NCBI GenBank assembly: GCA_964016885.1 | Contig: OZ024740.1 | Location: forward strand, 273,730,001-273,794,000 | From: Eledone cirrhosa | Taxonomy: Eukaryota | Direction of reading: 5' to 3' | DNA length: 64,000 nucleotides | Shown here: positions 42,471-58,769 of the stretch, one piece after another | How positions within the stretch are numbered: position 1 is the stretch's first letter | Layout: the number at the start of each line of letters is the position of its first letter | The notes under the pieces: generated by a model | Told to the model about the DNA's origin: nothing | The model's database searches: none | The model's input: only the letters and a program-made list of their open reading frames with translations | Position numbers and translations under genes: made by a program

Positions 42471-43159
42471 TATTTCTATAGAGATACAAAGCCGAAAAAA
42501 TCTCAACGTAGATAAATAAATAAAAACAAACTGATCCTATTTAACTACCAATATATATGTTGTTTGTGGAGTATTAGAAATTTAGTGGTGAATTAAAATA
42601 CGAGATTGGTGGAAAAGCAAATGTCCGTTTCATAGCATCAAAACCAGAATTCAAGGAAGGACTATTACAGAACTAAAGTTAATGAAATTCAAGTCAGTCT
42701 GTAGGTATTAATATATTTCATTGCTCAAATGAAACTGCAAAAATTAACTTCAACGTACTTTGAAGGACCTTTTCCAAAACCTTAAACAAAATGTATTCAC
42801 ACTTATAAAGTGCATTGGATTCTATGTAACAAATAACTGCTAAATAACACCAAATAACTTGAGTATTATTTTATGTAGAAAACAAAAGAATTACAGATGA
42901 CAGTTGAATCAGATGCAGGCAATAAAATACAGGCAGTAGTAAAGAATAGATTCGGTTTCTTAGTCAGTGCAGTATCATTTTTCACCTTCTGTTGCAGAGA
43001 ATATTAATCTAAATTTATTTTTATTTGGGGTCATATTCAGACATTTAACGTTAGTCTCAGTTATGTGTATGCATGGAGTTGTTAGACCAGGTGGAGCCCA
43101 TCTTTCTTTAGGTCTGAACTCAGCCGATTTCATCCAGAGACGGGAAAATAGTGTGTATT

Positions 43160-43213
<54 letters not shown>

Positions 43214-43389
43214 AGTGTGTGTGTGTGCGAGTGAGTGTGTGTGTGTGTGTGTATGTGTGTGTGTGCGAGTGAGTGTGTGTGTGTGTGTGCAGGTGTATGC
43301 GTGTGAGTATGTGTGTGTATGTGTGTGAGAGAGAGAATGTGCATGTTTGTGTGTGCGTGTGATAGAAAGGAAGTGAGTAAGAGATTTAT

Positions 43390-43850
43390 AGGATGAATCG
43401 ACTCCAGTACTAGACTGGTACTATTTTTATCGTCCTCAAATGGATGAAAGTTTATGTTGACCAAGGCGTGTTTCAACTTGGATCACAGAGAGCAGAAACA
43501 AATATCGCAAAGCATTCTATCTGACGTTCAATATGTTGCCTCACTCAGTTATATACCATTCAAGGATACGTCGACCCGCCAAATACATCAGTTGTTTTTT
43601 TGTTTTGTTTTTTGTGTCGCTATTTTGTATAACCACCATTGTATTCCTGGTGTGTATATCTTTGATATCGGGTCTGTCACACTACTGACGAAGGCAGCGA
43701 ATTAGCAGAGTCATGAGAATGTCGGATAGAATGCTTTGCAGTATTCGTTTCAACTTTTTGCTCTCTGAGTCCAAATCACGCCGAGGTTAACTTTGCCTTT
43801 CACCCATTCGATATCGATAGAAAAGTACTAGTGAAGTACTGGGTTCGATT
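43390..43850. mobile_element. Two diverged SINE family A copies (about 43390-43530 minus, 43690-43850 plus)
   Basis: Family A body motifs in opposite orientations. Confidence 0.7.
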
Positions 43851-44954
43851 CTTCCTCTATGTCTCTTTCTCACTTCCTTTCTCTGGAAGAAATCTGCTGT
43901 ATTCAGATTTGGAGAAGATTGGGTCCGCTATGTTTTAAAATGCCTTGAAATGCCACCGTATATAAATACAGCGCCTCTATGACTCTCTCAGAAATGAAAG
44001 GACCATGCATGCTTGCACACTACAGACAATGGTTTCAGGTAATGACCATTATTCAGCAAGTAATTAATTGCAATGTGAACCTCAAATATTAAACACACAT
44101 TTTCCTTGTATTAATTTTACATAAAACAAAATATCAGTCGAACATATCTATTAAGAAAAACGTTTAAATATACATCATATCATGTTCTTCGTGTTGTCAG
44201 ACAGAATGGTATGTTGCGTCGAAAATTGTGCTGGTATTCTTAGTAGTTAAAAATAAGGTTCATTAATATAGATAACCTGAAGATTTAGATCCAGCTAAAG
44301 TTGACCTATGACCAAAGTCATGTCAGTCGGCGATCATTCTATCTCTCATCACTATATAAAACTACATTGTCCAGTGGTTCTTGCTTTATCAAAATAGCGG
44401 TTTGTGATCTGAAAGAACATAGATGCTTTTCCTCCTAGGTCGAACAACCACATAGAGATATACTGTTGTATTTAGGTAGTATTCCCACATATCGAAGCTT
44501 CTAATTTCTTGTGTTTCTGTTTTATGAAGCTAGGCACATCTGTGGTGCATTTGGCATAACATTTTTAAAACGCATTTTCATTATTTCTTTTAAATGTTCA
44601 CCATGTCAAAAAAAAATCAGATAAAAAAAACAAAATATTTTAATGGTGAGAATTTAAATGATTTATTGGATTATGAAGAAATTATTTTTAGTCACTTCAA
44701 AGACGAATAGATAACAGATAAATTAAACAAAAGATTAAAGAAAGAAAATAAAACATTACCTGCAGTTTTACACATTATATGAAGAAATGGATATGGAATA
44801 AATAGTAAATATTACAAAATAAAAACATTTACAATAATAATCATGAATTAATGAAAAATGAATATTCTAAAACTGGTAACAGGTTTATTCCATTTAAACG
44901 ATAAATGAGTAAACTATATCCATTTTGATATGTATACATATATAGAGATAAATG

Positions 44955-44994
<40 letters not shown>

Positions 44995-45000
44995 TATATA

Positions 45001-45869
<869 letters not shown>

Positions 45870-45897
45870 TATATACGCATATATATATATACGCATA

Positions 45898-45967
<70 letters not shown>

Positions 45968-46071
45968 CATATATCTATCTATATATATATGTTTGTATAT
46001 GTGTGGTGAGAGAGATTCGGGTTGCGAGAAAAAGAAATTCTGTATATTTGTATTTCTATACAGCTATCTTT

Positions 46072-46194
<123 letters not shown>

Positions 46195-46757
46195 ATATAT
46201 ATGTATGTCTGTGTGTTTATGTGTGTGTGTATATACATGTGTGCGGCCGTCATTGTATATCTATACGCATATTATATGTACAAATGTGACTTGATAGATA
46301 TTTTACTGCCTTGTGTCCTGTAGCACAGTCTCGTCTTACAAATATATGAGGGCAACCATCCAACGGAGATCAACTATCTTTATCAACGATGTTTACTCTT
46401 CGTTATTCGTTTTTTACTTTTGTAATCTTCACTTGATGTTGTTTTCTCGGTAAGTTATTTTAAAATGTTCCACCCGTGTTATATGATGTCAATCAAAGAT
46501 GAACACCTATTTCATGGACGATATCGCAGTTAAATTTATTATATTCAATTTTTCAGTCAGTTAATCTGTGGTTCAGCTTTCTATTGGGATATTGTGATTT
46601 TAATGGGTGATGTTCCATAATTATGATATTGGAAGTATGTTATTTTACTTTGAGCCAGGGGATATAAGGACAGATTCGGCTATTTTATGACAAAGTTATA
46701 CAGATGATACTTTTATCGTCACTTGAAATCATATGATTCCAACACGTATACGTACAA

Positions 46758-46800
<43 letters not shown>

Positions 46801-46811
46801 ATATAAGATCA

Positions 46812-47402
<591 letters not shown>

Positions 47403-47480
47403 GTGCGTGTGTGTGCGTATAAATATACATTTATAAATAGACACACAGACACACACACACACATATATATGTATGCATAT

Positions 47481-47669
47481 ATAGGAAAAGAGTCAGGACC
47501 CCGACGGCTGAGCTCCGACCGTTTCGACAGCTAGATCCGAAGTTTGTCGAAACGGCCGGAGCTCAACCGTCGGGGTTTTGACTCTTTTCCTATTACCCAC
47601 TCTACTACCCTCAGTATCGAGTACTCTGGTGGGTTATGGTCCATCTGGCTCCTTACTACACTTCCTTCG

Positions 47670-47671
<2 letters not shown>
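47481..47671 (+). mobile_element. Fold-back copy of the 39.5-kb family
   Basis: Arms ~47481-47529 / 47545-47593; GAAACGG...CCGTC stem III; tail ends in (TA)n. Confidence 0.82.
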
Positions 47672-47741
<70 letters not shown>

Positions 47742-47805
47742 GGCGTGAACCTAATAACACCTTTATTTGTCTGCCTCTCTGTTTTGTTCCCGTCTAAATT
47801 TGGAC

Positions 47806-47843
<38 letters not shown>

Positions 47844-47864
47844 CATATATACATATATATATAT

Positions 47865-47908
<44 letters not shown>

Positions 47909-47922
47909 ATACACACACACAC

Positions 47923-48212
<290 letters not shown>

Positions 48213-48764
48213 ATATATAGATATATGTATGTATGTATGCATGTATGTATGCATGTATGCATGTATGTATGTATGCAGGCGTGTTTGTGTTTTCTATGTA
48301 TATATGCATATTCTTTTATTTTCTATATATGTCTACTACTTATTATATCATTTGTTTTTGCAGTACTCATTAAATATTTAGTTTCGAAACTAACGTGTTT
48401 TATTAGCTTGTATGTTAAGGCTGAAATGTAAAGAGAATTGGGAATATTGACAACTTCCACGCCAACAACTGCAGCAACAGCATTTACAGGAGAATGATTA
48501 TGCAGCAGAGTAGAGTGGAGGGGAGTAGCACTGAGTATTAAGAAAAGGAGGAAGGGGGGGGGGGGGGGGGGTAAGAAGAATAAACCATCAAAATGAATAA
48601 GATTAAGAAAGAAGTTTGAAATTGAAGGAACTCGGAAAAAATGATTAGAAGTAATTGAAGTATCTGGAAAATTCTAGAAGAGTGAACTTGTGGTTGAGCT
48701 GTGGTGGGGCGGGGGTGTATTGTGGCAACAGCGGCAGCAGCGAAACGAAGATAGTAATATATAC

Positions 48765-48859
<95 letters not shown>

Positions 48860-49025
48860 TGTAGATATATATATTTATATATTTATATATACTTATATTT
48901 ATTTATATGTACATATATATTTATATATACATATGTATATTTATAAATATATACATATATTTATTTTTATATATATATAAATACGTATATATATATATAT
49001 ACATATATATTGAAAACTTCCACGC

Positions 49026-49142
<117 letters not shown>

Positions 49143-50219
49143 CGAAAAAGAAAAATTAATAAAATTAATAAAAAAGTGAAACAAAGAATGAACTAAATAA
49201 AATTATAAAAATATAAAAAATTATATACAAATGTAACTATTTTTTAGGCTTATTTTTATTTCTTTATACGTTCACTATTCTTATATATTTTTTAGCGTCT
49301 TGTTAAAGCTTTTTATATTCTGGTTAATTAATTTGGGTTTATTGTACAAACCAATTATTTTTATTTAGCTTACGTTTTCCGTGTGTTGTTGTCGTCGCCT
49401 TTTGTTGTTGGTTTTCAGCTTGTTTTTCTTCTTCGTGTTATTTAAATTGTTTGTCTCCATTTTTGTTTTGTTATTGCATATTTGTTTCGAATTTAATTTC
49501 GTTCTTTTCTTTTCTCTATTCATTTCTCTCTCTGTGTTTATCTCTTTCTTTTTTCTAATCTTTTTTCTTTTATATTTCTTGTATTTTAGGTAAAAAGAGG
49601 AAGGCCTTTATTTTCATTTATACAGCTAATCATCTTCCACATCGTCATCACCATCAGCATCACCATCAGCATCATCTTCAACATCATGCTCATCATCATC
49701 ATGGCTGTTTTCATAATTTTCATCATTAGCATCAGTATTTTGTCATCATCATTATTTTCATCATCAACATCGTCAACAATAACATTAGCATCAAGAGGAA
49801 CATGTTTGTTGAGTGTATTGCTACTGCTACAGCGGAGACAATCATCAACTAACATATCAAATATGAACCGCTACATAGGTGATTGATCTACTAGAACGAA
49901 TAACGAAATGCTACTCAATTCTCACATTACCGTCTTAAATAATGGTAGAACACCCCGAACAATGTATTATTTGATGGGGCCATAACAAGGCGAAAACTTC
50001 ATCAGAGTTGTATACCTTACGTTCTGAGATGGTAAACATAGTATTATTGTTTTTTTTTTTTTGTTTTTGTTTTTTTGTCATCACTTAATTATTACTAGGT
50101 AGACTTTTAATAGATCCTCTAGTAAATTAGTAGATAACTTGAAGCTAACTAAGTACGCTTTTTCCGAAAAAAAAAATGCATAGGATAGTCCAGTTTTAGT
50201 CATCATTGTTGATCTAGGC

Positions 50220-50403
50220 TAATGGTTTCCAAAGTGTGTTCCGTGTAACCGAAGGGTTCCGGAAAGGAGTGTCTGGGTTTCTGTGAAAAAAGTATAGATG
50301 TATATTTATATTACGACCATATAACAGTATACGACTTTGGGGATCCCCCAAAGGTTTCTGAACCAAATAGGGTTCCGCGTTTGAAAAAGTTTGGGAAACC
50401 CTG
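50220..50403. mobile_element. hAT-type MITE
   Basis: Degenerate TIRs TAATGGTTTCCAAA / TTTGGGAAACCCTG; 8-bp TSD ATCTAGGC / ATCTCGGC. Confidence 0.75.
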
Positions 50404-50667
50404 ATCTCGGCTAAACAATATTTACCACAGAACCAATGTCATACTTTTTTTTCTCTCCTTCATATTTTACTCATCATATGTATTTATCCTATTACCATCT
50501 TTTACATTGGCATTATATTTCTCCATATATATCTAATTTTGTTAAAACAAAATTCCTTATATAACAAAATATCCCCCACCAATTTTTCTTTTCTTTGTTT
50601 TTACTACAGATATCTCCGTTGGTATAGGGTAATATCTATCTTTTCTTGAGACGAGGAAATTTCATTA

Positions 50668-50845
50668 TGGCAGTATCGGTAGAGGGTCGGACGCCGTGCT
50701 TTGACGCATAGAGTTACGGTCCTTGCCATTCTGAGTTCAAATCCCGCCGAGGTTAACTTTGCCTTTCATACTTACGGGGTCAATAAAATAAAGTACCAGT
50801 AACGTACTGGGTAATTGCTGGATTTGTGCCAATAGTAGAAACAAT
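50668..50845 (+). mobile_element. SINE family A copy
   Basis: A/B boxes, conserved body and tail. Confidence 0.9.
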
Positions 50846-52184
50846 CATTATACAGTATAGAGTTCAGACAAGTCCTCATCCTGATTGATTGTTATAATAA
50901 CAACGTTTCGGCCGCTGCAACCCCATTAAAGACGTTTCGATCTAAAGTTCCTGTTTTTCTTCAAAAATAAATGATGGGAATTAGGGGTTTATCAGGTGGT
51001 GATTATAAGCAGCGATTATGAGTTATGCTGATCATCTTGCATTCAATCTCTGGCTGTTAATATATATAATTTCTAGTTTAAATATAACTAGCAAATAACA
51101 CAATTAGAAGAACGACTAATACAAGAATAACTAGTGTTTACAATAGAAAAGGAACAAGCTTTTTACGCGAATTGGATACGGAATTTGGTTTGAAATTCCG
51201 TGAAATGTTACCAAAGACTACGAGCGTCTAAAACAAGCCAGAATGTAGCACTCCCGATACATTGGTGGTGTGGAACTTCACCGGGTGTCCGGGCTGCGTA
51301 AGGTGGCCTTACCAGGATCAAATACAATTTGAGTAGATATGATTCTATTTCTAACTGTTGGGTCAACAATGGAGAGATTTCCTCATTAGCTAATCCTTCA
51401 CTATGTTATACATACAGATTAAGGCTTAATATTAATTGCAAACTTCCTCGGCTTCATGGGAAAAATAGTAAACAATTTTCCGCAACACTTATGATACTAT
51501 TTTAAAATACAAAACATTGAATAATATATGCCAGTATAAAATATATGTTCCTGGAAGTATATTTAAAGGGTAGGTGAGTTGGCTTTACAAAACTAACTTT
51601 ATTTACACACACAGTTTAAAGTGGTTGTAGAACTCTCTATTTACTTTCTCCATTTTCCATAAGTAGAAGCACACCAGATAGACTGAACAAATAACTACCT
51701 CTCAAATCATACTCTACAATTTAAAATAAAGCAATACTATATTAGACAATAGAGTAATGCATCTAAACTGACACGTGCAGATCATATTTAAAACGTGTTT
51801 CTTTATATGTTCGCTCTATCAGCGCTGGGCTTGGCTGAGAAACATTGAACACGGTAAGTAAACCACATATCTTTTAAAATATATTCCCTGGGTTGTAATA
51901 TTCGGCGGGCTTAGATATTTACCATTGTAAGTAAGAATATTTGAAAAAAGATTTTCCAAGAAATTTGCAAAATATGATAACAGCAATGGTGGATTTTAAA
52001 ACAATTACAAAATAATAACTGTACATGTCATATATAAAACTTTTCCATAAAACAGTAGCAAATCTTAAAATCTTATTTATTTCACATTTAAAGACGGGTG
52101 GGAAAAATGAAAATAAAAAGAGATTCAGAGATACTAAAGATAAAGACACACACACACACCCACACACACCCACACACACACACA

Positions 52185-52233
<49 letters not shown>

Positions 52234-52280
52234 GTATATATAAATATATATATATATAAATATATATATATAAATATATA

Positions 52281-52330
<50 letters not shown>

Positions 52331-52432
52331 TATAATTATATATATATATTTACATATATATATATAATTATATATATATATATTTACATATATATATAAA
52401 ATGATATATATCATTATATTTATATATAATTT

Positions 52433-52467
<35 letters not shown>

Positions 52468-52468
52468 G

Positions 52469-52554
52469 CTCCTGGGGGCACCGTCATGATATGCATACGT
52501 ATATATATATATATATATATATACGTATGCATATCATGACGGTGCCCTCAGGAG
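52469..52554. repeat. Inverted repeat (~30-bp arms) around a (TA)n core
   Basis: CTCCTGGGGGCACCGTCATGATATGCATACG-(TA)n-CGTATGCATATCATGACGGTGCCCTCAGGAG. Confidence 0.9.
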
Positions 52555-53443
52555 AAATTGAAACATTCATAAACATATATAGGTTTCTTTTATGTTTTTT
52601 TTGTTACTTTTCCTTACGCAGAATGGGTAAAAGAGATTTACATAGATACATAGGCAGACACACGCACGCAGACATAGTTTTATTTTTGTATCTTTATATA
52701 AACCCAAATTATTGATGAAAAACAAAGGACAAAAAATTACAAGAAATCTAAGATAAGAACTATTTCATTTCAAATATGTTAGTGTTGTGACTTTTGGCTT
52801 TATCCAGAAATTTACCTAATCTGTTTGGTAAAGTAAATTAGAATATTAAGATATATATATATATAATACAAGAAAAAAAAGGGAAATGGGATGAATGTGA
52901 ATATATATGTGTGAGGGTTTGTAACAACATGTAAATTTTCGATGAAAAACATTCCTGTGATATTAGTGAATTTTTTTATAATTATATATTTTATTTTGTC
53001 CTCTGACAATGGAGAAAAACATTCTCTCACCCAAAACATAAGAAATACGCAAAAAAAGGTAAATATAGGAAATGAAAAAAAAAAAATTCAAAGAACAAAT
53101 GTCCAATCATCTGTTTTCTCTTCAATGGAGAATAGGCAATTTCTCATGTTCTGTAGGTCATGCAATGTCTTCATTAACGTAGATGACAGGGGAAATAGCT
53201 TAGATTATTCAGTTATTGGAATTGATAAAATAAAATTAAATGAGTAAAAAAAACATATATGCATATATATATATATATATATATATAGATAGATGTGTGT
53301 GTGTGTGTGTGTGTACATGTGTGTGTGCGCATGCGTGTATAGATTTATATAAATATTCATATAAACATATATTTACATATTTATATATTTACAAAAATAC
53401 AACCAATGTACAAACATACATATATAGGTAGACAAACGCGCAC

Positions 53444-53539
<96 letters not shown>

Positions 53540-53557
53540 TGTATATATATATATATT

Positions 53558-53598
<41 letters not shown>

Positions 53599-53887
53599 CT
53601 ATATATAAGACAGTGCCAGCTCCAGTAATCCTTGCGTTTAATTAAGCTTCCTACTTTCCATCACTGTGATATTTCAACATCTTTTAAATTCAGTGTAACA
53701 TAGAGAGCGTTCCATGCAAGGTTTCTCGAGAGATCGAGCATCTCAAGTCTTCTCAGTAGGGATTTTCATTAAGGACGTTGTACAGAATGCACACACAACT
53801 TGTAGATATAGATAGAATAAAAACAAATAGCCAGAAGAAATTCAATTAACTGCAATGTCGTTTTTTTTTGCCAAGACTGCCTATATA

Positions 53888-53931
<44 letters not shown>

Positions 53932-54109
53932 TTAATGCATAACGCACATTTACAGGAGTTGCATATGCAAGGGGATCAGACTGATTATATAAGCAGGTAT
54001 TATATAATTGGAGTTGTATGGATTTATCCAAGCATCATTGTTTGACTGCTACTGCTAGAGATGTATAGACACTGCCAGCCTCACGACGTTCCTTAATATT
54101 AATCTACAG

Positions 54110-54578
54110 AAGATTCCACGATTAGAAAAGCTAAACATAACTTTCATTCTCGGCTCTCAAATAATATAGGGGAACGTAAATTAATAGAGACACTAATAGA
54201 GGAATATATTGATGACATCGTTGCACAAATGCAACAGGATTCGATAAATTTAGAAAGAACCTATCAAGATTCGTTGATGGACAGAAACATTTGAAAGGAG
54301 TTGTACAGACGATATAGATAACGTGCAAATATCGGACAAGACTAACAACAAACTGAAAAATTATTGGCTCAACTCATACAGCTTCAAATGCAAATGAGAT
54401 CAATCACATCATTTACACAGACGAAAAAACTATATATTTTCGTCTGTTTTCAAAGTCCAGAAGCTGCAAGAGCGGGAAAGATCGTGCTGACGAGAACCAG
54501 TTGTGTGCGAAATGCATCAACGATTGTCCCTCATTCTTCTGTCGGACATTGCTGGGTGGCGTTAGCTGCCAGTGTTGA
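54110..54578 (+). CDS. Putative terminal exon of a secreted Cys-rich peptide precursor (needs two 1-nt homopolymer corrections) or a pseudogene
   Basis: Phase-1 acceptor TCTACAG|. Open segments EDSTIRK...RNI, ERSC...KLK and IIGS...SCKSGKDRADENQLCAKCINDCPSFFCRTLLGGVSCQC*. Confidence 0.4.
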
Positions 54579-54646
54579 TCAGAACTATGGCTTTCTAAAT
54601 ATTTATTCATTAACATACCGTATTTCTTTAGAAATACGAAATTCAA

Positions 54647-54762
<116 letters not shown>

Positions 54763-54854
54763 ATACTTGGGGAGGGTCATATTTGCGTAATATTGCCAGA
54801 ATTAATAACAGAACACACTCACTGTTTGGTTGGTTTACGCTTCTCGCTGTCTTT

Positions 54855-54909
<55 letters not shown>

Positions 54910-56870
54910 TCCGTTCATGTCCATTTGTCCTTAATCGTCTCTCGATTGTACATTATGATCAACTAACAATTGTGTTCACAAGATTTAGCACTCGTCATAG
55001 TTTACTTTCCAGATAGTAATATCACCATGAATGTTTAGGAACGACATAGATTTTGTATTATAATGAAGAAAAGTCAGTTTTCTAGGATCGTACATTATTT
55101 TATTAATTACACCAACGCTATTATACGCAATTGAGAATTAGATACAATCTCTTTTCAGATAGCTTTATGCAATTTTTGGTAATGCGATATGCCCATGGTG
55201 AATATTTTGGACACTGTTATTTCAAGCTCGGGTGACATATATATATATATATATATATATAAACGAGTCCGAAAAAATTATTTAGATAGACGAATGGCAT
55301 GAATTTGTATGCTTTAAATTAAAGGGCGATGTATTGTATGCCGTTCAAATAATTTTTATTTTATATAAATGACATTCTAAGTTGGAGATAGCATGTCGGC
55401 AACTGTTAGCAACTCTAAAAGAAAACGGATAATAATTTGAAGAAATGATCAATTAATGTCTTACGTTAAATTATATGTTTAGAGAAAAGACAATGCGATA
55501 TCATTTGTAGGTCTTGTATGAATTTAAAGTTACTATAACAAACAGCTGATTGAAAGGACCACATACATACGATAAAGGATAAATCCATCACACTCTTAAA
55601 ATAGGGAACTATAGCTACACTGGCCAAAGAAATCTGTAGTCATAACTACAACATTAATTGTAATATTCTACAGAACATATAGAAACTAGGCTAATAAATG
55701 TCAGATTTGTACGTTAGAAAAGACATATATCTTTATGAAATTGTGACTAATAATTATATGAATTTGGGGCGTATTTCTTTAACGGTTTTCCACACTTGGG
55801 TAAACATTGTTCCAGTCAGTGAAATTACCACCTACACCCTATCCAAGTTACCGGCCAGCTTCCTACATAAACACTAAATATATAAATATATTTATTTACA
55901 CCAGATGTCTTATTATAATGATTGACTACATTCCCATGAAAGAAGGGTTCCAAATGATATACTAGGCTTTAATATATACCCCAAATTAGAACCCCGCTAC
56001 TTTCTGACAAAGAATAATTGTGTAAACTGACATGAGGCTGATATGGCTTACCGCTGCCGCGCTACAAACTCATTCAAAGATTTTTAACAGCCCAAAACTC
56101 GTTTATTATACAGCGAATGCACTTTGTCCTTTTATTAATGACCTGCGTGTAATAACTATAACTATATAGAGTTGTATAGTTGAGCTTGTAAGAATTAAAC
56201 ATCTTTTCCATGGTCACTGCACAGCACCGCTGATGGAATATTATTTAAATGTAAAAGAAAACTAAGATATAAACGTAGCCAGATAGGTTAGAGAGCTGGA
56301 CAGATAGTAAAAATAAAAGACAGATATACAGAGAGGCGGACGGACAGATATAGATATAAGTAAATCTTATGAAATAAACTTGTTTTTGATACATAAATTT
56401 TCGGGAAAAAATGTAGAGAAATGACTATATGGATCAAAACAGTTCAATAAATAACAATAAAATTCCTTTGAATATATTTGAAATTTTCCTTTTAAGTATC
56501 CATACAATCACATATATTAGTTTTGCTTGTGTGAAGGAAGTAGAGAGAGAAAAGGTAGTTAAACTTTAAATCATTGATTCAGATATAATAATGGCTGTAC
56601 AAATAAATGTTTGTTTCTCTCTATTTCTTCCCTCCTCTCTCTCTGTATAGAAATATATGTATATATGAATAAATACATATATGCGTAATGTTTATACACA
56701 CACAAGCACATATATATATGTATATATATATATATATATTTATTTATATTTATGTACACACATACTTATGTATCTCTATACATAAATATATATACATGTT
56801 TATCTGTAGATATGTATACATATGTATCTATCTATCTATCCCTATCTCTCTCTCTATATATATATATTCA

Positions 56871-56915
<45 letters not shown>

Positions 56916-57286
56916 GTGTGTGTGTGTGCGTACGTCAATACAATGATGTGTCCGTGTGTGTATGGAAATGAGATGTTTCTATTTTTGGTATCTTTATTAT
57001 ATTTTATACAAAATATTGGTCAGCATTAGATCAGAGTTTAGAAAATTATGTATCAGCATTATAAGTGTGATATTCATTTCAGAAATATATGCTGCCAAAC
57101 AGCCTACGTGTGTTTGCACATGAAACCACATACTCACAATATATATATACACACGTGGGATGCAATTTTTTCTACACATATAGTATCATAAGTATGCATA
57201 TATCATTACATATCCCATGACAAAATAACTGAACAATGGTGAATGTATACTCTGTTTTGAAGATATATGCACATTAATGTATATAT

Positions 57287-57384
<98 letters not shown>

Positions 57385-57587
57385 ATGTGTGTGTGTATAA
57401 ATATATATATAGTCATGTGTCAATGAATGAACAGTCGTCATATACGCATATACATATATATGTAGTTATATATATATATATTTATATACATTTATATGTG
57501 TATATATAGCATATATATATATATATATATATAGATAGATATAGATAGGTAAATATACACGGGTGTGTATGATTGTGTATAGAAGAT

Positions 57588-57970
57588 TATATTAATAAGA
57601 GGAATTCCAACTTTGTCTGATTTACTCGTTTTATTTACAATCCTTTAAAATATATAATGCTATTAGAATGAAATAGTATGATAGAATATTAAATTCTAAG
57701 TGTTAATTGAACAAGTACTTTCATGCTTTCGCAATCTTCAGGTTCATAATATGTGGTGACAGTCGAGTTTGCAATTTTCAACTGTTGAAAATTGCAAACT
57801 CGACTGTCACCACATATTATGAACCTGAAGATTGCGAAAGCATGAAAGTACTTGTTCAATTAACACTTAGAATTTAATATTCTATCATACTATTTCATTA
57901 TAATACCATTATATATTTTAAAGGATTGTAAATAAAACGAGTAAACCAGACAAAGTTGGAATTCCTCTTA

Positions 57971-57978
<8 letters not shown>
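57588..57978. mobile_element. Fold-back element: 195-bp arms, 1-nt centre
   Basis: Arms 57588-57782 / 57784-57978 with ~3 mismatches; ends in (TA)n. Confidence 0.9.
57820..57858 (+). ncRNA. Minimal type I hammerhead ribozyme (mirror copy on minus strand)
   Basis: Stem I TGAAC/GTTCA; CTGAAGA; stem II TGC-GAAA-GCA; GAAA; palindromic stem III AAGTACTT; triplet CUU. Confidence 0.82.
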
Positions 57979-58013
<35 letters not shown>

Positions 58014-58020
<7 letters not shown>

Positions 58021-58162
58021 GATTTAATTTTATAATATTATAATATTATGAGTTGGTAGATCTAGTAAGTTCATAGTTAAGTTCGGTGGGAAGAATTGTT
58101 AAAGGTTTCTGGTTAACTTTCTTGGAGAACTTTCGCGCATTCATCCGTGGCGATTGTCAGTT

Positions 58163-58229
<67 letters not shown>

Positions 58230-58379
58230 AAACTGACAATCGCCACCGATGAATGCGCGAAAGTTTTCCTAGAAAGTTAACCAGGAACCTTTAAAAATTC
58301 TTCCCACCGAAGTTAACTATGAACTTACTAGATCTACCAACTCATAATATTATAATATTATAAAATTAAATCAAATTAT
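58014..58379. mobile_element. Inverted repeat (~150-bp arms) enclosing a (TA)n spacer
   Basis: Arms 58014-58164 / 58229-58379 with several mismatches; directly abuts the 57.6-kb element through a (TA)n tract. Confidence 0.88.
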
Positions 58380-58659
58380 TTAGCACTGCAAGTGAAGTCA
58401 TTTTTTTCCTTTTTTTCAAATATATATCTGCTCCGAAATCAATAGACGTGTCTGGGGAACCTGCGAATCCAGAGTCAGGTCGATCCACACATAAATCACT
58501 CCTCGAGCTGTTCGCCGGGGAAACAATTGTAACACACAATAAATTGAGTTCCGATGCATCACTGATTTTTCGTTTTCCATTCATTATATATATATATATA
58601 TATATGGGGAGGGGTGTATGTGTGTGTATGTGTGTGCGTGTGTATGTGTGTACAGAAAA

Positions 58660-58769
<110 letters not shown>

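Noticed and set aside
50880-50950. GAAACGTTG / GAAACGTC hammerhead-like halves on the minus strand
   Set aside because: No convincing CUGANGA or stem I.
51781-51853. Possible internal exon with a GTAAGT donor
   Set aside because: The acceptor lies in an old interspersed repeat and has a weak pyrimidine tract; no independent support.
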